This document shows, one piece after another, positions 10,362-17,850 of a DNA stretch of 20,000 nt. The DNA comes from an uncultured virus (IMG/VR IMGVR_UViG_3300009151_000055) (taxonomy: Duplodnaviria > Heunggongvirae > Uroviricota > Caudoviricetes), in IMG/VR virus record IMGVR_UViG_3300009151_000055, positions 58,123-78,122 of that record; one strand, written 5' to 3'. The translations under genes were made by a program, and so were the position numbers. Every line of letters begins with the position of its first letter. Positions within the stretch are counted from its first letter, which is position 1. A model generated the notes under the pieces. The model saw only the letters and a program-made list of their open reading frames with translations, was not told the origin of the DNA and ran no database searches.

Positions 10362-10701
10362 GATTTATGTTCAAAGAAATGTTTTTATTAAAATCCAAAA
10401 GAATGGCAGAATGTAATTTTATCCTATTTCCTTCCTTATACAAAATCTTCATCTTCTTAAGCTTAGAAATAATATTATTCATCGTAGCCTCTGAACTGTT
10501 ATACTTCTTACAAAACTCCTCCTTATTCACTGTATAGGAAATATTCCCTTTAACAGCAAAAAATGATATCAATTGTATTTCTCTCTCAGACAACTTAATG
10601 TCATTCATAACAGAAATGAATGTATAATACTTTTCTGCTATTGAATAAACATCAGGAAGTGTTTTCCTCAATGTCTGTAATATCGTTTTCCTATTTTCCA
10701 T
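10348..10701 (-). CDS. Winged helix-turn-helix DNA-binding protein
   Basis: LSEREIQL...EEFCKKYNSSEATMNNIISKLKKMKILYKEG has a wHTH pattern; first gene of the minus-strand operon. Confidence 0.55.
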   Translation of the reverse strand: MENRKTILQTLRKTLPDVYSIAEKYYTFISVMNDIKLSEREIQLISFFAVKGNISYTVNKEEFCKKYNSSEATMNNIISKLKKMKILYKEGNRIKLHSAILLDFNKNISLNINLVHE

Positions 10702-10713
10702 ATTTAATTCCTA

Positions 10714-10744
10714 CAAAGATAGAAACATTTTCGTGTAAACTAAA
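10714..10744 (-). promoter_or_regulatory. Bacteroidota-type promoter driving the morphogenesis operon
   Basis: Minus strand TTTA-N19-TATCTTTG (exact TAnnTTTG -7 box) 12 nt upstream of the ATG at 10701. Confidence 0.6.
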
Positions 10745-10971
10745 AACTCCTCTAAACCACATAAGCTATAAAATCCTAAAAATTCTATGGTTTCTATAGA
10801 TCTATTCCCGCCCTCCCCCCTTCAAAGGTAAGGGGAAATATAAATACAAAAAAAAAAATTTTTTTTTCTAGCCCCCCCCCCTCCTTTATGTAGATGGGAG
10901 AGGAGAGTACTTCCAATATCAACCCCTCCTTTGATTGACGGGGTGCAACATACCTCCCTGTGATTTGTTTT

Positions 10972-11334
10972 ATGATTACATTAGAAGGACTTGAAATCGA
11001 ACAGGTACAATACCGTGCTACACTCATTCACCAGGAACTACGAAAGGACGGTAAGCCAAATAGCAAAGCAGGACAAGCATATCACTTGTTCAACCTTGCT
11101 AATGGTACAAAGTTTAACAGTGACAGTCAGGCGTTCTTGGATGCCTACAACGATGGCTCACTGTTCACACTGACATTGAAACCCACCGCTGAAGGACTTG
11201 CAGAAGTCAGCGTGTGGAAGACCAGAAAGCAAATCGAAGCATTGTACTCCAACGAAGAGTACAAGCGGAAGGTGCGTAAGCCAGCGGCTGAGACGGTAAC
11301 AGTACCGTTGAACACATTAGTGGCAGGTTCTTAA
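10972..11334 (+). CDS. Hypothetical protein, first gene of the plus-strand block
   Basis: ORF track 10960..11334; ATG at 10972 is the likely start; visibly more GC-rich than its neighbours. Confidence 0.7.
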   Translation: MITLEGLEIEQVQYRATLIHQELRKDGKPNSKAGQAYHLFNLANGTKFNSDSQAFLDAYNDGSLFTLTLKPTAEGLAEVSVWKTRKQIEALYSNEEYKRKVRKPAAETVTVPLNTLVAGS

Positions 11335-11342
11335 GCCACTGC

Positions 11343-11830
11343 CCCTTTGGGGTATATATTATATTCATCACGAATGTGTGTTGAATAATTAATTATATAT
11401 ATACTCCAAAGGGTTTTATATTGTTCTATAGAAAGAATATATTTAATGCATCAATCTCATTTCCCAAGGATGAGCAATTGTAATATATTATCCTAAAGAC
11501 CATAAATGGAACGAGGAATAATTTAATGTCTTGTACAAGACGTATTACAATTGAATGCAGAGGGGATATATACGTTTTGTTTAACGTTTGAAAAGAAAAG
11601 GCGGCTTTTTTCAACTTATCGTTAAACAAAACATGTATTTATATAGGAGAAAGGGATGTATAGGGTGACCAATAACCCTTAACACATCACATTCTCTTAT
11701 ATACATTATGTACAATTGCCGTACATAATGAATATTTTAATGGCAATAGCACACAAACGGTAGATACGTTGATGGTTAATTGTGTGTACGTATAAGAACA
11801 ACATCGCTTATACATTCTTTTGTAACCTCT
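11343..11830 (+). ncRNA. Putative structured non-coding region (series of long stems)
   Basis: 17-bp stem 11343-59/11397-413, 11-bp 11475-85/11543-53, 13-bp 11574-86/11620-32, 10-bp 11642-51/11692-701 and 10-bp 11704-13/11721-30. Confidence 0.45.
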
Positions 11831-11846
11831 TTAATTTATATATATC

Positions 11847-12104
11847 ATGAGTTTTAACAACGTAGTGTCTGTAAGAGTAAGCAATTTCATAGCAGAAGAT
11901 GGTGCTACAGGAAGTTTTAGTGTATTCTTTATGAACGGGCTAGAGATAGCTCGTGAATTTGTTAACCACTACGAGTTCGAGGTGGTTGACAAAACTGTAA
12001 GAGAAGCTACTCCTGAAGATATGGCTCTCATGAATTCCATTCTTGAAAAGAATGAGAATTTTAGATGGAGGGACTTTATGTCCCACTTTGGAGACCAGTG
12101 GTAA
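11847..12104 (+). CDS. Hypothetical protein
   Basis: 85 aa ORF with AT-rich leader, followed by a long hairpin. Confidence 0.7.
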   Translation: MSFNNVVSVRVSNFIAEDGATGSFSVFFMNGLEIAREFVNHYEFEVVDKTVREATPEDMALMNSILEKNENFRWRDFMSHFGDQW

Positions 12105-12110
12105 ATTATT

Positions 12111-12155
12111 CCTGTTCTCATAGAGATTCGTTTCTCTATGGGAATGGGTTGTTGT
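12111..12155 (+). terminator. 16-bp hairpin (terminator or processing stem)
   Basis: CCTGTTCTCATAGAGA/TCTCTATGGGAATGGG with G-U pairs on the + strand, followed by TTGTTGTT. Confidence 0.5.
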
Positions 12156-12158
12156 TAT

Positions 12159-12345
12159 ATGTTCTTCTGAAGAATGAACATTTTGATGTCTAATACATTT
12201 AGGCTATTGTAGGTGGAAACCTTCTTAGATGGATATTTGCGTTCACAAAAGCGTACGCCCAGAGAGATATACCCTCTCGCAAGTGTAAGATTTCCTAGCA
12301 AATATTCATTGAAATCAGTCTCTGTAGCTTAAAGGAGGAACAGAG
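12159..12345 (+). ncRNA. Putative multi-stem structured RNA
   Basis: AGGT-GGAA-ACCT hairpin; 11-bp TGGATATTTGC/GCAAATATTCA enclosing GAGAG/CTCTC; CTCTGT/ACAGAG. Confidence 0.45.
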
Positions 12346-12379
12346 CAAACTTTTAGTAACCAATTAAATCAATATAGTT

Positions 12380-12748
12380 ATGTCTAAGATTTTTAATGGC
12401 ACACCACATGCCATAAATGTGGTTTCAGGTTCTGTTTTCACTCCAGCAATACGCAAGTATGTTGGAGGTGACGTAGTGCTAAGTATTCCTTCTACAGGAG
12501 TGCTTAGTGCTAAAATATCTACAATAGATTTGCCATCTATTGCTGATATCCCTGTATTTGGCAAGAGTTTCTCAGGAGTAGACTCATTACCAGACGGTTT
12601 TGATGTTTACATTGTTTCTGCTCTATACGCTTCAGCTGCTAAGGCTGCAGGTGTAGATTGCAGCAAATTGTATACAGTGGCTGATCCTGTATACACTCCT
12701 GATGGCAATAGTTTTATAGGATGTAGAGGCATTTGCCCTGCATTCTAA
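12380..12748 (+). CDS. Conserved phage hypothetical protein (N.TPH...YIVS...G..IGC family)
   Basis: NGTPHAINV, YIVSALYA and DPVYTPDGNSFIGCRG match a widespread phage protein family of unknown function. Confidence 0.75.
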   Translation: MSKIFNGTPHAINVVSGSVFTPAIRKYVGGDVVLSIPSTGVLSAKISTIDLPSIADIPVFGKSFSGVDSLPDGFDVYIVSALYASAAKAAGVDCSKLYTVADPVYTPDGNSFIGCRGICPAF

Positions 12749-12785
12749 TCAGCCTGTCCTAAGCATGACATAAAACTGCTTATTC

Positions 12786-13085
12786 TCCTTAGGGCACAGG
12801 TCGACGGGAATTAAAACTACGCCCCAGTTTATACGTTCTGAAATACAAAAACGTATTTGATTTGTAAAGATGAGATATGATAGGGACATTCAGCTCATCA
12901 ACAATACAGGGTTTAGGTCCATTACATCGTAATTTAGCTTTTACCTGTATTAAACTAAATAGGCGGCTCATAGCGTGGTGCTGAGCTGTACAACAACAAG
13001 AATACCGCTTGAAAAGAGGAAACTCACTTGTTGGTGAAGGATAAAAAACGTTAGATGCATTGATATATCATGCTAAAACTAACGT
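12786..13085 (+). ncRNA. Putative large multibranched RNA
   Basis: No credible ORF; nested stems closed by TCCTT/AAGGA, a GAAA tetraloop hairpin and potential pseudoknots (see findings). Confidence 0.5.
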
Positions 13086-13178
13086 ATAAAAAACCTTTAT
13101 AAATCCTATTTTTTATTATTTTTTCATTTTTTTTTTGTGAAAGATCTTCACAACACAAACCATTATGTTATAAAAAAA

Positions 13179-13481
13179 CAACTTCCTCTGCAAGATTTGA
13201 CCGTCTTGTGGAGATGAATAATTAAGAAGTTGCTGCAATTTACATATCCTTAATTGGATGTGTGTATTATCAGGCTAAATGAATCTTGGTCAATAAACAG
13301 ATAATTGTTTATTAGATTTATGATGCCTATTGCAGCCAGTTGAGTAAAAAACTGTAAAATTTACTACTGTTTAAATCTGTTCAGTTACCACAGATTAGTT
13401 GATTGATTGAGATTATCCTCTTGATATTAGCGATATGCAAAGATTGGAATGTTCTATAGAGTTCGATTCTCTCACTTTGCA
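13179..13481 (+). ncRNA. Putative pseudoknot-rich RNA ending in a tRNA-like acceptor/T-arm module
   Basis: Multiple stems, two to three pseudoknots, and a 3' AGAG-TTCGATT-CTCT T-arm inside TGCAAAG/CTTTGCA. Confidence 0.5.
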
Positions 13482-13530
13482 CTTATTTTAATTAAAACCT
13501 TTAGGTGTATAGGTTAACCTTACCATTAGT

Positions 13531-13755
13531 ATGAACACAGATAAGAAATATTTTGTAAAAAATGCTGATGCAGCAGCATCGTTTGGAAACGCGAAGCCTG
13601 CAATAAAGGATATATTTATTTGCTGTTCACAGTGTGATGGAGCACCGCTCTACACACAACACGGCTTCACTGTTGTTACGAGCTTGTCTCGTACACAACT
13701 TAAAAAAATGGGTATTTTGGTGTCAAGTTCTAACGACACCTACACCTTGCAATAA
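13531..13755 (+). CDS. Hypothetical protein
   Basis: 74 aa ORF with ATG start, CxxC and TAATAA stop. Confidence 0.6.
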   Translation: MNTDKKYFVKNADAAASFGNAKPAIKDIFICCSQCDGAPLYTQHGFTVVTSLSRTQLKKMGILVSSSNDTYTLQ

Positions 13756-14052
13756 TATTTATACGCATGGAGAGTGGCGTGCTGATGTGTACAGCCTAAA
13801 CAAACATAAATTAAGGTTGCTCTGTCTCCATTTCCTATAACAAAATCTTAAAGATGAATTGAAAAGACATTCATAATGAGACTAGGTTTGTAATAATAAT
13901 GGAGAAAGTTTGTATACAAAAGCAAACGACATGCGTATATATTATTTTTCAACTGATTTTGAGGTTTCCCTGAACGCACAGAAATGTGTTAGTAGGGGAC
14001 TTCTATTTTCTTTTTTTAAATTATTTTTTATTCATCCTCAAATATATATTTT

Positions 14053-14409
14053 ATGGCAGCTTACGGGTATAGTTCAGCGTTGAAAGCAGCAGGTGCTACG
14101 GTAATAGATTTCAAAGCCTCAGGTGATTATCAAGGCACTTGGGGTGCTGTTGTTGACTATAATGGTCAACGCAGCGTGGTGATAGGAGCTTATGGCTCTT
14201 GTGACCATTGTGATCCATTTCAGGCAAGATTTGGCTACGATGGTGGTAGTCCAGAAGAAATGAAAGCATTTGGAGAATCATATCTCCACAATCCTTATTC
14301 AAAGGAAGATGTGGAGAGGCAAATCGCATTCTTGTCTGAGGACGAGGATGATTGGTTTGATAGAGAAACATTGGAGCTCTATAAATGGGCATTAACATTT
14401 TTCAATTAA
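14053..14409 (+). CDS. Hypothetical phage protein
   Basis: 118 aa; GDYQGTW...YGSCDHCD motif seen in phage hypothetical proteins. Confidence 0.75.
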   Translation: MAAYGYSSALKAAGATVIDFKASGDYQGTWGAVVDYNGQRSVVIGAYGSCDHCDPFQARFGYDGGSPEEMKAFGESYLHNPYSKEDVERQIAFLSEDEDDWFDRETLELYKWALTFFN

Positions 14410-14420
14410 TTCTCTCTTAT

Positions 14421-14485
14421 AGAGAAAATGTTTGCGAAAGGTGCTGAATAACACCACTTATTGCAAATGTTTTCTCTTTTTTATT
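14421..14485 (+). terminator. Long hairpin plus T-run (putative terminator)
   Basis: AGAGAAAATGTTTGCGA...TTGCAAATGTTTTCTCT followed by T-rich sequence. Confidence 0.55.
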
Positions 14486-14516
14486 TTGTATTTTAAACCT
14501 TCACATATTAATTAAA

Positions 14517-14708
14517 ATGAAAAAAGCAGCATTGTTTTTGTTAGCAATCATCACACCGTTCTTGTTGGTGTGGATAGCGTTTGTATGCACAGGATGTGCA
14601 TTTGTTCCCAAAGAAGTGTTCAACGCAGGACAGTTTTGGGGAATGTCCATTATTTATTGGGTGATAGTTTGCCCTATATTGTTAATTGTGATAAATGATA
14701 CAATATGA
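14517..14708 (+). CDS. Small membrane protein (2 predicted TM segments)
   Basis: 63 aa with two hydrophobic stretches. Confidence 0.65.
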   Translation: MKKAALFLLAIITPFLLVWIAFVCTGCAFVPKEVFNAGQFWGMSIIYWVIVCPILLIVINDTI

Positions 14709-14911
14709 AAAATTATTATTTAATATCTGCTATAGTGATGTTGATGGCATCTATAGCGTGGATATTTTTAGGCATTTATTTGCTCACACCATCAAAAGTA
14801 AACCTCGCTATCATTAGCTTAGTGTTCACAGGAGGACTGATGACCTCTTATTCTTTGTATACAAGTTATCAAGACTGTAAAAAGTCTTATGATGACTTAT
14901 TTAAAAAGTAA
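14705..14911 (+). CDS. Small membrane protein (2 predicted TM segments)
   Basis: 68 aa, ATGA overlap, two hydrophobic stretches. Confidence 0.65.
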   Translation: MKNYYLISAIVMLMASIAWIFLGIYLLTPSKVNLAIISLVFTGGLMTSYSLYTSYQDCKKSYDDLFKK

Positions 14912-14927
14912 CCATCAAACCAATAAT

Positions 14928-15065
14928 ATGAAGACAATTACATTGTCAGCCAAGGAGTTCTACAACTTCAAAAAGTTAGCCAATTTCTATTTTGATTTCT
15001 GGATTTTGTCTGGAAATATAATAGTGACAGCTTCTATAGAAGAACTAGAGCTCTTAGGCTATTAA
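14928..15065 (+). CDS. Small hypothetical protein (45 aa, not in ORF track)
   Basis: MKTITLSAKEFYNFKKLANFYFDFWILSGNIIVTASIEELELLGY*, preceded by an A-rich AAACCAATAAT leader. Confidence 0.6.
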   Translation: MKTITLSAKEFYNFKKLANFYFDFWILSGNIIVTASIEELELLGY

Positions 15066-15158
15066 CCTCTCACAATATATGTATCTAGACTTTATATCTA
15101 TATACATATATTTTCCTTTGGTTAGTTCATTTTATATTTAAAAACGTATAATATTTTT

Positions 15159-15362
15159 ATGAAAGAAGTAAAGATGACAATGGAATTTGTAATCGATGTA
15201 GACGATAACATTGTAGACATCGAAGAGTTATGTGATAGAGTGGTAGTTTGTTTTCGTAATGAAGACAAATTAGGAATAGAAACCTTTCTGCCTCAAGACG
15301 ATGGTTTGATGGTAATAGGATATATATCCACTACAATTGACAACATAACTGAATTAGAATGA
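15159..15362 (+). CDS. Hypothetical protein
   Basis: 67 aa acidic ORF coupled to the next gene. Confidence 0.65.
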   Translation: MKEVKMTMEFVIDVDDNIVDIEELCDRVVVCFRNEDKLGIETFLPQDDGLMVIGYISTTIDNITELE

Positions 15363-15739
15363 CAAACAAATTAGTTTACACCATTGTGCCTGAGAGTACA
15401 TATAATGGTGGGTATTTAGCAGGCTATTATAATGATGACGAAGTGGTTAGACCTTCGTATTGTTATTTACATGGTAAGTTGGAAACCTTAATTGGATATG
15501 ATATATTTAGCATGCTTCGTTCTGAATTAGAAGCTGATCAAATAGTTGACAATAGAGTGTCTGATAAATTTGAAGAAGGCATACACTCCTGTATATGTAT
15601 GGGTAAACCATGCACATTCTTTAGATGGAAAACTAATGAACATCATAAGAGTTTTGCAGGACTTGTTGTATTAAATTCAGACACACGTGCGTTGGAATAT
15701 GCACAAGAATGCTACGATAACAAAACAAGTAATATTTAA
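15359..15739 (+). CDS. Hypothetical protein
   Basis: 126 aa ORF with ATGA overlap. Confidence 0.7.
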   Translation: MTNKLVYTIVPESTYNGGYLAGYYNDDEVVRPSYCYLHGKLETLIGYDIFSMLRSELEADQIVDNRVSDKFEEGIHSCICMGKPCTFFRWKTNEHHKSFAGLVVLNSDTRALEYAQECYDNKTSNI

Positions 15740-15749
15740 ACCAAATACA

Positions 15750-16247
15750 ATGGAAGCAGTGTTAATATTTCAAAGCTATGAACTTCCTTCTTGGCAGGAA
15801 ATAGAGCCAGGGATGATGTTTACAAGTCTTGATAAATATTCTGATTACGTTAGAATCAGGACAATTTCTCAAGAACAGAGTCTTCGTCTTGATAAGGAAT
15901 TGTTCATTCGAGAGAATGGACATCCAGTAAAGCCATATATATGTGCAATGGATGGCACAATCCTTGCTCGACCAGAAGAAATAGGTTGGTGGGATTGTGG
16001 AGAAGATTGCGACTCCTATACAGAAATAGGAGAAAAGGAATTCAATCTGATTCTTGAGAACGAAGGACTCATTGATGTAGAAACAACATACGATGACGAA
16101 GAAGGTTATCAGTTGTTGTACATGGATGGCAAAGTGATAATTTCTGTTCTTCAGGAGTACGAAGAATCTGAAGAAGAATACAGTGATGAAATATCTAATC
16201 ATTTTAAAACTAACGACGATGATAATGACGAGTCAGAAGAGTGGTAA
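15750..16247 (+). CDS. Hypothetical acidic protein
   Basis: ORF track 15687..16247; ATG 15750 (MEAVLIF) after AAACCAAATACA is the likelier start. Confidence 0.7.
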   Translation: MEAVLIFQSYELPSWQEIEPGMMFTSLDKYSDYVRIRTISQEQSLRLDKELFIRENGHPVKPYICAMDGTILARPEEIGWWDCGEDCDSYTEIGEKEFNLILENEGLIDVETTYDDEEGYQLLYMDGKVIISVLQEYEESEEEYSDEISNHFKTNDDDNDESEEW

Positions 16248-16386
16248 TACACTTACACGTCCTCCAGTGATCAATTATGAACCTCTTACATTCCAAGAAT
16301 GGTGCGAGGAGTTTAATGTATCTCTATTGTTTAACAAAATACCAACACACATAGAACATGAGTACAGTATATTGGAAAATGCGTAA
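16225..16386 (+). CDS. Small hypothetical protein
   Basis: ORF track 16183..16386, probable start at ATG 16225; bridges two genes. Confidence 0.45.
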   Translation: MTSQKSGNTLTRPPVINYEPLTFQEWCEEFNVSLLFNKIPTHIEHEYSILENA

Positions 16387-16612
16387 TGGATCTTTGATTG
16401 ATGTTGACGAAATGGATATCAATCATCTGCGTAATACGCTAAAAATGATAATAAGGGCTTCACAAGCCCAAGTTCGCAATTCGCAAATTGCAAACAAACC
16501 TGCTCCTAAACTTGAGCTTAAAGGTGAAATGTCTCAATTGTTTAATGATGATTTTCCTGGAGATGATGATGAGTATAATCCTTACGAAGACTATAAAGCG
16601 TTTCTTTTATAA
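16358..16612 (+). CDS. Conserved phage hypothetical protein
   Basis: WKMRNGSLIDVDEMDINHLRNTLKMI matches the common phage motif W...G..I....M...HL.N. Confidence 0.7.
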   Translation: MSTVYWKMRNGSLIDVDEMDINHLRNTLKMIIRASQAQVRNSQIANKPAPKLELKGEMSQLFNDDFPGDDDEYNPYEDYKAFLL

Positions 16613-16627
16613 CCAAAAAATAGATAT

Positions 16628-16894
16628 ATGATACTTACGTACGGATTCCATCCTGTCACTAAGGATGAGACAAAAGAGAAAATTGTTAAATATCTAGAGG
16701 CTATTGATATCTCTTCTAAAATCATTGAAGGAGGAATCAATGGCTCTTTAGAACTAGAAGTGGAAGATGGCATTCATCCTGATAACATCCTAGAACTAGG
16801 GTCAATACTTGGGATGCATGAGACCATTTTCTCTTGGGAAGATGCTGAAAATGAAGACTTCCCATTCGAAGGAGATGACGATGCTGATGTATAA
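16628..16894 (+). CDS. Hypothetical acidic protein
   Basis: 88 aa ORF ending at a terminator. Confidence 0.65.
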   Translation: MILTYGFHPVTKDETKEKIVKYLEAIDISSKIIEGGINGSLELEVEDGIHPDNILELGSILGMHETIFSWEDAENEDFPFEGDDDADV

Positions 16895-16896
16895 AT

Positions 16897-16931
16897 AAAA
16901 AAAGGGAGAATAAATTAATATTCTCCCTTTT
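16897..16931. terminator. Bidirectional intrinsic terminator
   Basis: AAAAGGGAGAATA-AATTAA-TATTCTCCCTTTT, flanked by A and T runs, between convergent genes. Confidence 0.75.
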
Positions 16932-16946
16932 CATTAAGAGATTGAA

Positions 16947-17120
16947 TTAGGCTGTTTTCACCACTTTTGAAGCAACACTCCAAATAGCACCAATTAATGT
17001 GCTAATTGCACCAATTGCTTCTACAGAAGTTGCTTCATCAATTACACCTTTGGTGATGAGAAATCCACCAACGAATGTCAATACGTGTCTAACAAGTCCT
17101 AAAATTTGATCTTTGTTCAT
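16947..17120 (-). CDS. Putative holin (Pam3-gp28-like small 2-TM protein), not in ORF track
   Basis: MNKDQILGLVRHVLTFVGGFLITKGVIDEATSVEAIGAISTLIGAIWSVASKVVKTA*; RH.LT..GG.L...G and terminal WS motifs; has its own promoter and terminator. Confidence 0.7.
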   Translation of the reverse strand: MNKDQILGLVRHVLTFVGGFLITKGVIDEATSVEAIGAISTLIGAIWSVASKVVKTA

Positions 17121-17137
17121 AGTGAAAATATTTTAAA

Positions 17138-17168
17138 CAAATATACAAAAATATTTTATGTACACAAA
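17138..17168 (-). promoter_or_regulatory. Bacteroidota sigma70 promoter for the holin-like gene
   Basis: Minus strand TTTG-N19-TATATTTG, a perfect consensus. Confidence 0.7.
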
Positions 17169-17448
17169 TGGTGTAGAAGAAATAAAAATAGAATATGAGT
17201 TATTTCCTGAAAAATATGCAACAATTTACGTAGATGTAAATTGGATGCACCAAAGAGAAAAGATGTACACATCTAATGGAGACATTGGATGGGATGGAAC
17301 ATCATCTTGGGAAATTAGTCATATATCGTGGGGAGATATTCCTCACATGTTCAGAGATGAAAAAAAAGTGGAAGAAGCTCTGAAGAAGAAAATATCACAC
17401 ATTTCTTCTGATGGAATAGTCTTTAATCCCTTGTTAAAGAAACACTAA
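17158..17448 (+). CDS. Hypothetical protein
   Basis: 96 aa ORF. Confidence 0.65.
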   Translation: MYTNGVEEIKIEYELFPEKYATIYVDVNWMHQREKMYTSNGDIGWDGTSSWEISHISWGDIPHMFRDEKKVEEALKKKISHISSDGIVFNPLLKKH

Positions 17449-17461
17449 TTTTGTATATTTG
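17431..17461 (+). promoter_or_regulatory. Bacteroidota sigma70 promoter
   Basis: TTG-N20-TATATTTG; shares the 13-mer TTTTGTATATTTG with the holin promoter. Confidence 0.6.
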
Positions 17462-17475
17462 CATAAACCAAATAT

Positions 17476-17850
17476 ATGAATAAGTTTATATTAGTGAGAA
17501 TAGCCATCATAACAGCATTGATAACACAAGTGAGTCATGCTGCATTCGTGTTTAAGAGCATTTCTAAAACAAACGGATGGGTGGATGAGATTATTGCATA
17601 TGTATTCGCTGTTTCTCTAGAACTGTCAATATACATATTCACAATAGAACAAAAGAGAAGCGTAGCAACATTCTTTGCAATAATCTCATTTCTCATTAAT
17701 CTATTATACTATTGGAATTTCAATCAATTTGATTTTGCGTTTTATGCCAGCTTGTTGATTTCGTTCACAATTCCTACAACCATTTGGAATTACAGCGATC
17801 TTATAAACAATGAGCCAAGAAAACGTCCATACATTAGAAAAACAGAATAA
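17476..17850 (+). CDS. Multi-pass membrane protein (about 4 TM segments)
   Basis: 124 aa with four hydrophobic segments and a basic C-terminal tail. Confidence 0.7.
   Translation: MNKFILVRIAIITALITQVSHAAFVFKSISKTNGWVDEIIAYVFAVSLELSIYIFTIEQKRSVATFFAIISFLINLLYYWNFNQFDFAFYASLLISFTIPTTIWNYSDLINNEPRKRPYIRKTE

Noticed and set aside
13015..13025. RNase P RNA (GAGGAAA resembles the conserved GAGGAAAGUCC)
   Set aside because: It continues CTC to form a simple GAAA-tetraloop hairpin, and no matching 3' P4 strand was found
12791..13481. tmRNA (GGGC...TCGACGGGA resembles an ssrA 5' end; T arm at 13458-72)
   Set aside because: The 5' and 3' ends do not pair, there is no G3-U70 pair, no CCA and no recognisable tag ORF, and the span is too long
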